Positions 1 to 8,621 of a stretch of DNA of 43,722 nucleotides are shown here, piece by piece. The notes under the pieces are model-generated. The model was not told the DNA's origin and made no database searches. It worked only from the letters and a program-made list of their open reading frames with translations. Position 1 is the first letter of the stretch. Each line of letters opens with the position of its first letter. The stretch comes from Alphaproteobacteria bacterium (lineage in GTDB: Bacteria > Pseudomonadota > Alphaproteobacteria > Caulobacterales > Caulobacteraceae), in the NCBI GenBank assembly GCA_018826885.1, contig JAHJYN010000123.1, positions 1 through 43,722 on the forward strand, given 5' to 3'. The position numbers and the translations under genes were made by a program.

Positions 1-36
1 GGCCGCGCTGGCGAGCAGGATCTTGGAAAGACGCAT
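1..36 (-). CDS. 5' end of a secreted protein running off the window (MRLSKILLASAA...), possibly a TonB-dependent receptor
   Basis: ATG at 36 with a GAGGGG SD 7 nt upstream (plus-strand CCCCTC 44-49). The 12 visible residues look like a Sec signal peptide. Product is a guess. Confidence 0.45.
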   Translation of the reverse strand, partial: MRLSKILLASAA

Positions 37-149
37 TGGGAAACCCCTCGAATGAATGTCTGGGTTACCCGCACACCGGTCTGACGCACCCGGCAACCCC
101 GGGACCAGTCGTCTAGTCGGGGTTTGCAATGTTAAGATGACGCAAATGT

Positions 150-167
150 TATTCGTTGTGACGAATA
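150..167. promoter_or_regulatory. Inverted repeat TATTCGT-N4-ACGAATA, candidate operator
   Basis: Perfect 7-bp arms in the AT-rich intergenic region. A minus-strand GCTATAAT (-10-like) lies at 203-210. Confidence 0.35.
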
Positions 168-232
168 GTCAGTCATCAGACGAAGTGGACCAGAAGAGAT
201 CAATTATAGCTAAAGTATAGAAATTGTATCAG

Positions 233-1033
233 CTAGTCCGAAGACGGATCAATCGTCACATTCAGGGTCTGGCCGCCGCGACGCACGGTCAGGGTCACGG
301 ATGCGCTGCCGCCGACTGCCTCGCCCAGGGCCCACAGGCGCTCGTCGCGGGTGAAGGGTTCGCCGTCGACGGCGGTGATGACGTCGCCCTCGCGCAGACC
401 GGCGGCCGACAGGGCGGGGATTTGCGCGCCCCGCCGCCAGACATAGCCCTGCACCTCGCCCCCGCTGGAAAGCGGCCGAAGTCCGGCGACAAAGGGGTCG
501 GCCTCGGGGGCCACCAGCCCCATTTCGGCCGCGGCCGTGGCAGCGTCCCCGGACAGGCCGATGGTGGAACCGCCCGGCGGCGGCGGCGGTGCCGGGATGG
601 AGATGTCCGCGAACTCCAGCCGTATGGAGCGACCTGAGCGGCTCAGCAGCACATGGTCCCGCCCGACCGAGGCCAGGACCAGATCGGGCGCGACTGTGTC
701 GCCGATGCCATAGGCGGCCTGGGTGCCGTCCGGCCCCTGCAGGATGGCGGTGCCCGATGCCCCGGTGCGCGTCCCGAACAACAGCCAGCCCTCGGCAGAC
801 AGGTCCAGAACGGCGGGTCCCTGACCCTGACGGAAGAAGGGGTCGAAGCGCGCGAAGACGGCGGGATCACTGAGCGGCCGGACCGGGTCTGCGGGCCCGG
901 GCGGCGTGCCCGCCGACAGGAAGACCGAGGCGCCGCCGGCGATCAGCACCGCGGCAAGGCCAAGCCCCAGGGCGATCTCGACCCCGCGCCGAATCGGCAG
1001 GGCGTCTGGCAGGGGCGGAACGGTCCGGCGCAT
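233..1033 (-). CDS. gspC: Type II secretion GspC/PulC-like protein with C-terminal PDZ domain
   Basis: N-terminal TM, HR-like domain (LFGTR...AILQGPDGTQAAYGIGD...V..DHVLLSRSG), Pro-rich linker, PDZ (AAGLREGDVITAVDG...LTVRRGG). Confidence 0.7.
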   Translation of the reverse strand: MRRTVPPLPDALPIRRGVEIALGLGLAAVLIAGGASVFLSAGTPPGPADPVRPLSDPAVFARFDPFFRQGQGPAVLDLSAEGWLLFGTRTGASGTAILQGPDGTQAAYGIGDTVAPDLVLASVGRDHVLLSRSGRSIRLEFADISIPAPPPPPGGSTIGLSGDAATAAAEMGLVAPEADPFVAGLRPLSSGGEVQGYVWRRGAQIPALSAAGLREGDVITAVDGEPFTRDERLWALGEAVGGSASVTLTVRRGGQTLNVTIDPSSD

Positions 1034-1084
1034 GGCCCGGCCTCTAGCCGCCGGATGTGACAGACTGCCGACATTCAGGCGCAG

Positions 1085-2668
1085 TCAGGACGACAGGTCC
1101 AGGATCTGCCCGGCCAGCGGCGGCAGATGGCCGGCCCGGCCCTCGCCGCCATTGACCCCCGTGACCAGCCGCCCTTCTGCGGGCGCGGGCCAGTCCAGCG
1201 GTTCATCGCCGAGGTTGAAGGCGCAGATCAGGCCCTGATCGCCGTCCTCGCGCCGGAAGACCAGCCGGGCGCCGTCGGCCTCGAGCACCGTCATCCGGCC
1301 GAGTTTCAGCTCTGGCCGGTCGCGACGCAGCGCGATCAGGCGGCGCGTCAGGGCCAGCATGGACTCCGGGTCCGCCTGCTGGACCGTCACCGCCCGCGCC
1401 AGATGCTGCGGGTCCATCGGCAGCCAGGGCTCGGTGACCGAAAAGCCGCCGTAGGGGGCATCCGGCGTCCAGGGCATGGGGGTACGGGCGCCGTCACGGC
1501 CGAGGGTCTGGGGCCAGTTGGCAATGGCCTCGGGATCGACCAGCCGCTCGAACGGCACCTCGGCCTGGGGCAGGCCCAGTTCCTCGCCCTGATAGACGAA
1601 GACATTGCCGCGCAGCGTCATCAGCAACAGCATGGCCAGCCGCGCAACCGCGTCCGGGTCGCGCCCGGCGGCCCAGCGACTGGCGACGCGCGGGGTGTCG
1701 TGGTTGGAAAAGGTCCAGCACGGCCAGCCCTCGTGCTTGGCCCCGGGCCAGCGGGCCACCGTCTCGGCCACCAGTTCCGACGTCAGCGCGCGCGCATAGA
1801 GGTAGTTGAAGCCATAGGCGCTGTGCAGGCGATCGCCGCCCTGGGTGAAGGCGTGCATCTCGGCCTCGGCCTCGGCGCCCACCACCTCGGCCACGAAGAA
1901 CCGGTTGCCATAGGTCTCGGCCAGTTGCCGCAGACGTTCAAGGAAGGCCGGGATCTCGGGCTGGGACTGGTTGTGCAGGTGCAGCTGGAAATCGAACGGC
2001 CGGGTGCGCGGGCCGGGCCGGGTATCGGGCGGATTGTCGGTCAGGGCCGCGTCGTGGATCGCGAAATTGATGGCATCCAGCCGGAAGCCGTCGACGCCCC
2101 GGTCCAGCCAGAAGCGGGTGACGTCCAGCAGGGCCTCCTGCACCTCGGGATGGCGCACATTCAGCTGCGGCTGGCTGGCGAGGAAGTTGTGCATGTAATA
2201 CTGGCCGCGCCGCGCGTCCCAGGTCCAGGCCGCGCCCCCGAATACCGACTGCCAGTTGTTGGGCGGCGAGCCGTCCGGCTTTGCATCCGCCCAGACGTAC
2301 CAGTCGGCCCGGTCATTGGTGCGGTCCTGACGGCTGGCGCGGAACCAGGCATGGGCGTCCGAGGTGTGGGCATAGACCTGGTCAATGATCAGCTTCAGCC
2401 CGCGCGCATGCGCCTCGGCGACCAGGGTGTCGAAGTCCTCCAGCGTCCCGAACAGCGGATCGACGGCGCAATAGTCCGAGACGTCATAGCCGAAGTCCTT
2501 CATCGGCGAGGCGAACACCGGCGACAGCCATATCCCGTCGACGCCTAGCCCGGCGATATGATCCAGCCGCCGGATCAGACCCTTCAGGTCGCCGATGCCG
2601 TCGCCGTCACTGTCCTGAAAGCTGCGCGGATAGACCTGGTACAGAACCGCGCCACGCCACCATTCCAT
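1085..2668 (-). CDS. GH13 alpha-glucosidase / oligo-1,6-glucosidase
   Basis: WWRGAVLYQVYPRSFQDSDGDGIGDL, GYDVSDY, catalytic GFRLDA / AE / SNHD, YQGEELG, RDGARTPM. Start reset to ATG 2668 downstream of an AGGAG SD. Confidence 0.92.
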   Translation of the reverse strand: MEWWRGAVLYQVYPRSFQDSDGDGIGDLKGLIRRLDHIAGLGVDGIWLSPVFASPMKDFGYDVSDYCAVDPLFGTLEDFDTLVAEAHARGLKLIIDQVYAHTSDAHAWFRASRQDRTNDRADWYVWADAKPDGSPPNNWQSVFGGAAWTWDARRGQYYMHNFLASQPQLNVRHPEVQEALLDVTRFWLDRGVDGFRLDAINFAIHDAALTDNPPDTRPGPRTRPFDFQLHLHNQSQPEIPAFLERLRQLAETYGNRFFVAEVVGAEAEAEMHAFTQGGDRLHSAYGFNYLYARALTSELVAETVARWPGAKHEGWPCWTFSNHDTPRVASRWAAGRDPDAVARLAMLLLMTLRGNVFVYQGEELGLPQAEVPFERLVDPEAIANWPQTLGRDGARTPMPWTPDAPYGGFSVTEPWLPMDPQHLARAVTVQQADPESMLALTRRLIALRRDRPELKLGRMTVLEADGARLVFRREDGDQGLICAFNLGDEPLDWPAPAEGRLVTGVNGGEGRAGHLPPLAGQILDLSS

Positions 2669-2746
2669 CACCGGTCTCCTGAAAGCGACCCCGACCATCG
2701 ACCGATTTCCCGGGGCGAGCAATCTGCAAGAGCAGGGGCCTCTGGC

Positions 2747-3493
2747 TCAATCGACTGCCGGTCGGGGCCACTCCAGATTCGCCGTATCGAATTCAAGAAC
2801 CTGATCGCCGGCCTCGTAGAATGTCAGCTGGACCTTGATCGTATCAACTGATTGAGCAGAAGCGACGAAGCGTTGGGCGTTGGTCACGAAGACGATGTTG
2901 CTCGAACCGTCGGCAGCATCGCCAGCAGAAAATGACTGCTGAGCACCCTCACCGAACCTGATCCGGATCGTACAGTTCCGGTAGCTGCGGCAGATGATCT
3001 GGCCATCTCCATTGAGCGCGACATAGACGTCCAGCCCGTAAGTCGGCGACTGTCGGATGCACAGCTCGGCTGTGACTGGCGAATAGGGCCAGGTCAGGCG
3101 GGCTCGATTGGTCGACGTGGTGCAGGCGTAACGAGTCAGACGATCTGTCATCGCGTCGCGGCGGTCGCGATAGGTCCAGTCCGACGCTGGAGGGGGAGGC
3201 TCAGCAGGAGCCACATCTGCGGCTGCTGACTCAGCGACCACGACCGCGACTTCTTCTTCGACAGTTGCCAGACTGCTCGGGGGCTCAACGTCGGTGTTAG
3301 AACATTGCGAAGCGGCAGCAAGTAGGATCATCACGCCGATAAAGCCGACGAAAATGACCCCGGTGTTCCGAAGACGGGATCGCCTATCCGCAGCAGCCTT
3401 ATCCGGCGATTGTTTTGCTTCGGTGCCCTCGGCTTCAAGCTCCGCCAATCGGGCCTTCAGGCGACGCAGTTCCTCTTCACGATTCTCGTCCAT
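2747..3493 (-). CDS. Hypothetical membrane-anchored protein with Cys-containing periplasmic domain
   Basis: Short coiled coil, one TM, Ala/Pro/Glu linker, globular domain with 4 Cys. G-rich SD. Codon usage less GC-biased than neighbours. Confidence 0.75.
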   Translation of the reverse strand: MDENREEELRRLKARLAELEAEGTEAKQSPDKAAADRRSRLRNTGVIFVGFIGVMILLAAASQCSNTDVEPPSSLATVEEEVAVVVAESAAADVAPAEPPPPASDWTYRDRRDAMTDRLTRYACTTSTNRARLTWPYSPVTAELCIRQSPTYGLDVYVALNGDGQIICRSYRNCTIRIRFGEGAQQSFSAGDAADGSSNIVFVTNAQRFVASAQSVDTIKVQLTFYEAGDQVLEFDTANLEWPRPAVD

Positions 3494-3789
3494 ATCCCCC
3501 CCCTCTCCGCGCGCTCGCGCGTAATGTCCTCCAGCAGACGTTCGCTGGTTCTCAGGCCTTCGGCCATTCAGCCTCGTCCAGCGGGCTGCCAGACTGCAGC
3601 ATGACCCGGCGGGTGGTCGAGCAGGATGCGTGCACTCGAGCCCAAGGTCCGACCCTGACAGCTATATCGCTGCTCGGCGGCCGACCAAAGCGATGACACG
3701 CGGTATTCTAGCTGCCTACAGCTTTCTGCGCTTCGATACTTTGTGATCACAGACTTTCCTGTGTCGGTAGAAACGGGCAGGGTCGGGGG

Positions 3790-4359
3790 ATGAGATCGCT
3801 GCTGGCCCGCCTCCGTCCTCTCGTGCTCGTGCTTGTTCTCGGCGGGCTGGTTCCGGCTCTGCCGGCGCAGGCGGCCGTGACCGTTACCTTCTATGGGCAT
3901 GAGGGCAACCGGGTGCAGAATGGCTGGCTGCTGTTTCCGCACGCCTTTGTTCACCTGCACGGCACGCTGGAGAGCAATGGCCTGCCGGTCGACTATGCTG
4001 TGGGGTTCACCGCCCGCTCGCCGGGCCCGCAGCTTCTGTTGTTCAGCGACCGCGGGATACTGAAACGGCCGGAGCCGGCCTATATCGCCGACGGGATCGC
4101 CTATCTCAGCGTGACCATCAGCGACGAGACCTATGAGGCATTGCGAAGCCGCTTCGACTATTGGGCCAGCGCCGAGGGCGGGACCTACAATCTGAACAGC
4201 CGCAACTGCATCGCCTTTGTCGCGGACGTTGCCGATGTCATCGGGCTGGCGCGGCCCGACGCTCGCACCCTCAGCCCCAACGGCTTTCTGAAGGACATGG
4301 TCGAGATGAATCCGCCGGGGTCGCTGGCGGGGATCGAGCCTCACGCCGTCGCGGGCTGA
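3790..4359 (+). CDS. Secreted hypothetical protein, probable permuted papain-like (NlpC/P60, PPPDE/LRAT-type) fold
   Basis: Signal peptide (...LPAQA|A), early His (PHAFVHL), late YNLNSRNC motif. Confidence 0.65.
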   Translation: MRSLLARLRPLVLVLVLGGLVPALPAQAAVTVTFYGHEGNRVQNGWLLFPHAFVHLHGTLESNGLPVDYAVGFTARSPGPQLLLFSDRGILKRPEPAYIADGIAYLSVTISDETYEALRSRFDYWASAEGGTYNLNSRNCIAFVADVADVIGLARPDARTLSPNGFLKDMVEMNPPGSLAGIEPHAVAG

Positions 4360-5504
4360 TCCTCAGGTCGCGTGCCCGCCAGTTCCTCGGCCGCGGTCAT
4401 CAGGTGATAGAGGCTGCTGGCCGGGGCGGGCTCGTCGATGAAGGTGCCGTCGGCGGTCATCCGATCGTGGAACAGGCCGGGCCGGTCGGTGGGCAGATAG
4501 GGCATCAGGCCCGCGACCGCCGCCGCGATCCGACCCTCGGCATGGGCGCGCTCATCCGCCGAGGTCGCCAGATCACGACGCTGGACCCAGGCCTTGATGC
4601 GCTCGGTCTGCGGCCACAGCCGAGCCACGGGTTCGCCGGGCTCAAGGTCAGGATCCAGACCGCCAAAGGCCACCCCGCGCGTCGCATCGACGCCCCGGGT
4701 TTCGCCCAGATCGACCAGTCGTCGACCGGCCGCCACGGCACCCGCATGGGCGCGCATATGCCCCCAGCGGGTCAGCAGCCAGCCCCATTCGAACTGATGG
4801 CCCGGCTCGATCTGGGGCTCGGCCCCCTGCGGCAGGGCCTGCCAGTCGCCGTCATAGTATTCGCGCACCGCGCCCGTCTCGGGATCGACGAACCGGTCCA
4901 GCGCCAGTCGGGCGATCCGGTCGGCCATGTCGCGCCACGGCCCGGCGTCTTCCGTCGGCAAGGCCGTGGCCCAGGCCAGCGCCGCCTCCAGCAGGTGCAT
5001 GTGGGGATTGGCCTTGAGCGGCCATGAGGGGGGAGAGTCCTCCTCATAGCCGGCGACCGGGTGGGCCCGCAGGTCCTCGAGCGCCTGACGCATCGACCCG
5101 GCGATGCGGATGACTGTGTCCGCATCCTCGGCGAGGGGCAGGGCATGGGCCAGTCCGAACAGGACGAAGGCCTGATCATAAAGGTCGGGCCGGTCGTCCA
5201 GCGGCTGCCCGCTTGCGTCCAGTCGGTACTGGACGAGGCCATCAGACCTCAGGAAGGCGGGCAGGGCGGCGAGGCCGTGAGCGACGAGGTCGCCCGCCGG
5301 ACCGGTCCAGCCCAGTTCCGGTGCGCGCGCAAAGACATAGATCTGACGCCCCAGCACCCGCGCGCGCCGGGGCAGATCGGCGGGCGAGCCGTCCGCATTC
5401 AGCTTCTCGAAGAAGCCGCCGTGCGTTCGATCCACCCCCTGCGCCGCCCACAGCGGCAGGGCCTGATCCCGCATCCAGTCGAGGAAATCGGCGCCGGCCC
5501 TCAT
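4341..5504 (-). CDS. AGE-family (N-acylglucosamine 2-epimerase / mannose-6-P isomerase-like) epimerase
   Basis: ALPLW..G.D...GGFFE, RARV.GRQIYVF, DLYDQAF, ANPHMHLLEA, EPGHQFEW.WLL, RLWPQTE, PASSLYH. Start at ATG 5504 or GTG 5558; the longer ORF overlaps legB. Confidence 0.88.
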   Translation of the reverse strand: MRAGADFLDWMRDQALPLWAAQGVDRTHGGFFEKLNADGSPADLPRRARVLGRQIYVFARAPELGWTGPAGDLVAHGLAALPAFLRSDGLVQYRLDASGQPLDDRPDLYDQAFVLFGLAHALPLAEDADTVIRIAGSMRQALEDLRAHPVAGYEEDSPPSWPLKANPHMHLLEAALAWATALPTEDAGPWRDMADRIARLALDRFVDPETGAVREYYDGDWQALPQGAEPQIEPGHQFEWGWLLTRWGHMRAHAGAVAAGRRLVDLGETRGVDATRGVAFGGLDPDLEPGEPVARLWPQTERIKAWVQRRDLATSADERAHAEGRIAAAVAGLMPYLPTDRPGLFHDRMTADGTFIDEPAPASSLYHLMTAAEELAGTRPEDQPATA

Positions 5505-5718
5505 CTGCGGCTGCCTCGGGGTGTTTTGGCCCCCCGGGGGCGAGCGCAGGCGCGACACATGGATTGCAACCAGACCGTTGAACTGGCGGGCATATAAACG
5601 TCTGGCCGAAAGCGGTGCAACCTCGACGGTCGGTGACTTCTGACCCGGCGTCGTTTGGGCCATGCTGACCGTCCGGAGCGAATCGCCGCTTCGGACCGCG
5701 GAAGGGACGACAGCCGCC

Positions 5719-6729
5719 ATGCAGCTGAACGGCAAACGCATCCTGGTGACCGGGGCGGACGGCTTCATCGGCTCGCATCTGGTCGAACGGCTGGTGCGCG
5801 ACGGACACCGGGTGCGGGCCTTTGTCCAGTACAACAGCTTTGGCCATCGGGGCTGGCTGGACCAGTCACCGGCCGAGATTCAGGACGACCTCGACGTCTT
5901 TGCCGGAGATGTGCGCGATCCTTATGGCGTGCGGACCGCCATGAGCGGCTGCGATGTGGCGCTGCATCTGGCCGCCCTGATCGCCATTCCCTACAGCTAT
6001 CATTCGCCCGGCGCCTATGTGGACACCAATGTCACCGGCACGCTGAACATTGTGCAGGCGGCCCGCGATCTGGGGGTCGAGCGCGTGGTGCCCACCTCGA
6101 CCAGCGAGGTCTATGGCACCGCCCGCTTCGTCCCGATGACCGAGGACCACCCGCTTCAGGGCCAGTCGCCCTATTCGGCCTCCAAGATCGGAGCGGATCA
6201 GATTGCGCTGAGCTTCCACGCCGCCTTTGGCACGCCCGTATCGCTGGTGCGCCCCTTCAACACCTATGGCCCGCGCCAGTCGGCCCGCGCCGTCATTCCG
6301 ACCGTCATCACCCAGCTGGCCGCCGGAGCCCGTCAGGTGAAGCTGGGCGCGCTGTCGCCGACGCGCGACTTCAGCCATGTGTCGGACACCGTGGCGGGCA
6401 TCATCGCGGTGGCCGAATGCGATGTGGCGATCGGTGGCGTGACCAATCTGGGCAGCGGCTTTGAGGTCTCGATCGGCGACACCGCCCGCCTGATCGCCGA
6501 GCGTATGGGCGTCGATATCGAGATCGTCAGCGAGGCTGAACGCCTGCGGCCCGAGGCCAGCGAGGTCGAGCGGCTGTTTGCCGACACCACGCGGGTGCAG
6601 ACGCTGACGGGCTGGCGTCCGGCCTATGCGGGGCTGGAAGGTTTCGGCCGGGGGCTGGACGACACCATCGGCTGGTTCCGGGACCCGGGCAATCTGGCCC
6701 GCTACCGTCCCGGCACCTACGCGCTCTGA
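5719..6729 (+). CDS. legB: NDP-GlcNAc 4,6-dehydratase, LegB type
   Basis: VTGADGFIGSHL, YNSFG..GWLD, HLAALIAIPYSYHSP, QSPYSASK, RPFNTYGPRQSARAVIP, RLRPEASEVERL. Confidence 0.88.
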   Translation: MQLNGKRILVTGADGFIGSHLVERLVRDGHRVRAFVQYNSFGHRGWLDQSPAEIQDDLDVFAGDVRDPYGVRTAMSGCDVALHLAALIAIPYSYHSPGAYVDTNVTGTLNIVQAARDLGVERVVPTSTSEVYGTARFVPMTEDHPLQGQSPYSASKIGADQIALSFHAAFGTPVSLVRPFNTYGPRQSARAVIPTVITQLAAGARQVKLGALSPTRDFSHVSDTVAGIIAVAECDVAIGGVTNLGSGFEVSIGDTARLIAERMGVDIEIVSEAERLRPEASEVERLFADTTRVQTLTGWRPAYAGLEGFGRGLDDTIGWFRDPGNLARYRPGTYAL

Positions 6730-6733
6730 GGGC

Positions 6734-7381
6734 TCAGCGGCGCTCCAGCGGCCGGGCGGGGTTGCCGACCACGGTTTCGCCGGGGGCCACATCCTTCGTC
6801 ACGACCGCCCCCATGCCGATCACCGCCCCCTTGCCGATTCGAAGGGGTTTGTCGGGCGTGCCCTGCCGCAGGATGGCGCCCGTGCCGACATAGACGTCAT
6901 CCTCGATGATCGTATTGCCGTTGATGCAGACCCGCGGGGCCAGGGTCACCAAGTCGCCGATGACACAGTCATGGGCGACATAGGCATAGATATTGGCGTG
7001 AAACTGCCGCCCGATCCGGACATCGGCGGTCAGGATCGTATGGTCGCACAGGATGGCGCCCTCGCCGACCTCGCACGGGCCGCGCCGCAGAGCGGTGGGG
7101 GCGATCAGCGACACCACCGGCCGGCCCGCCGCCCGCATCTCGGCATCGACCCGGCGGCGGACGGCGGCCTCGGCAATGGCGACGACGATGCCGTAGTCCA
7201 TCGGCACCCCGGCCAGCGGAAGGACGGGATGCCCGTTCACCGTCGGCTCATGCGCCTCCCCGTCCTTCGGCACAAAACAGACGGCGTCGGGCGAGCGGGC
7301 ACCCGCCGCGCGTGCCATCTCCCACGCCAGCGGCGCGACTTCGCGGCTGAATCCGCCGGTTCCGCAAATGGCGATCTTCAT
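6734..7381 (-). CDS. NeuD/PglD/LegH-family hexapeptide sugar acetyltransferase
   Basis: N-terminal GTGG Rossmann-like domain, left-handed beta-helix repeats, VAHDC, GAVVTKDV...VVGNPA. Confidence 0.85.
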   Translation of the reverse strand: MKIAICGTGGFSREVAPLAWEMARAAGARSPDAVCFVPKDGEAHEPTVNGHPVLPLAGVPMDYGIVVAIAEAAVRRRVDAEMRAAGRPVVSLIAPTALRRGPCEVGEGAILCDHTILTADVRIGRQFHANIYAYVAHDCVIGDLVTLAPRVCINGNTIIEDDVYVGTGAILRQGTPDKPLRIGKGAVIGMGAVVTKDVAPGETVVGNPARPLERR

Positions 7382-7466
7382 GGGATGGCGCTCCCCTCCG
7401 GGAATCGGACAAGACTGCTACCCTGACACCGTGACCGACTCTGGCAAGGCAGACTGTAACAGGCGC

Positions 7467-8621
7467 ATGGCGGAACCCGTGACCATCTGTGTGGTGAGCA
7501 GCGGCCGGGCTGACTATGGCCTGATCCGGCCGATTCTCGATGCCCTGCGCGCCGACCCGCGGACGGTGGGGCAGTTGCTGCTGACCGGCACCCATGCGGA
7601 TGACCGCTTCGGGTCTGAGGCCGACGGGCGGCTGCTGGCCGACGCCCTCGTGCCCATGCCGCTGGACGGCGACGATGCAGCCGCTGCCGCCCGGGGGGCC
7701 GCTGCCGTGCTGACGGGGGTGGTCGAGGCGCTGGAGCGGCTGAAGCCCGATGCCGTGCTGATCGTCGGCGACCGATACGAAATCCTGGCCGTGGCCCAGG
7801 CCGCCATGCTGCTGCGCCTGCCGCTGATCCATCTGGGCGGGGGCGATGTCACCGAAGGGGCGATCGACGAAGGCATCCGCCACGCGGTCAGCAAGCTGGC
7901 CCAGGTGCATCTGGTCACTCATGCCGAGGCCGCGCGCCGCCTGCGCCAGCTGGGCGAGGAGGACTGGCGCATCCATACGGTCGGCAATCCCTCGCTGGAC
8001 AGTCTGAGCGCCGCCGCGGCCATGCCGGATGCGGCGCTGGAGGGTCTGCTGGGCCGGCCACTGGGGGCCGACAATCTGCTGGTCTGCTTCCACCCGGTGA
8101 CCCTGTTGCCGGACGGGGGACGGGCCGAGTTCGACGCCCTGCTGGCGGCACTCGGCGAGCTGCCCGCCAGCACGCATCTGTGGATCACCCGGCCCAATGC
8201 CGACCCGGGCCATGAAGGGCTGACCGCGCATCTGACCGACTGGGCCGCCGGCCGATCAAATGCCTCGGTCCACGCGACCCTGGGCGCGGCCTATCTGCCG
8301 CTGATGGCGCGCTGCCGGGCGGTGGTGGGCAATTCCTCCAGCGGCCTGACCGAGGCGCCCTCGCTCGGCATTCCGACCGTCAATGTCGGGGTACGGCAGC
8401 AGGGCCGGCTGGCGGGCGAGACGGTGTTTCACTGCGTGGGCGAGGCAGCGGCCATCCGCGCGGCGCTGGCCCGGGCCATGGCGGCGGATCTTGCCGGCGC
8501 GATCAATCCTTATGGAGATGGAAAGACTGTACCGCGCATCCTGTCGGTCCTGACTTCCCTGCCCGAGCGTGACACCCTGATGCACAAGCGGTTTATCGAT
8601 ATCGAGGTCGCCGGTGGCTGA
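7467..8621 (+). CDS. neuC: Hydrolysing NDP-sugar 2-epimerase (NeuC/LegG)
   Basis: RADYGL, TGTH, GDRYE, GAIDEGIRHAVSKL, FHPVTL, VGNSSSG..EAPS, RQQGR, NPYGDG. Start reset to ATG 7467. Confidence 0.9.
   Translation: MAEPVTICVVSSGRADYGLIRPILDALRADPRTVGQLLLTGTHADDRFGSEADGRLLADALVPMPLDGDDAAAAARGAAAVLTGVVEALERLKPDAVLIVGDRYEILAVAQAAMLLRLPLIHLGGGDVTEGAIDEGIRHAVSKLAQVHLVTHAEAARRLRQLGEEDWRIHTVGNPSLDSLSAAAAMPDAALEGLLGRPLGADNLLVCFHPVTLLPDGGRAEFDALLAALGELPASTHLWITRPNADPGHEGLTAHLTDWAAGRSNASVHATLGAAYLPLMARCRAVVGNSSSGLTEAPSLGIPTVNVGVRQQGRLAGETVFHCVGEAAAIRAALARAMAADLAGAINPYGDGKTVPRILSVLTSLPERDTLMHKRFIDIEVAGG

Noticed and set aside
125-155. CtrA box (also TTAA near 25127)
   Set aside because: Only single TTAA half-sites; no TTAA-N7-TTAA.
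1127-2548. 473-aa plus-strand ORF, and similar long antisense ORFs (18372-20102, 26179-27351, 41080-42165, 42047-43255)
   Set aside because: Shadow frames of well-supported genes in high-GC DNA; no motifs.
5505-5834. Long N-terminal extensions in the ORF track (AGE epimerase; also wza, wzc, cysQ, PGT, second GT4, neuC)
   Set aside because: They overlap neighbours or precede the obvious SD, signal peptide or coupled start; starts were reset.
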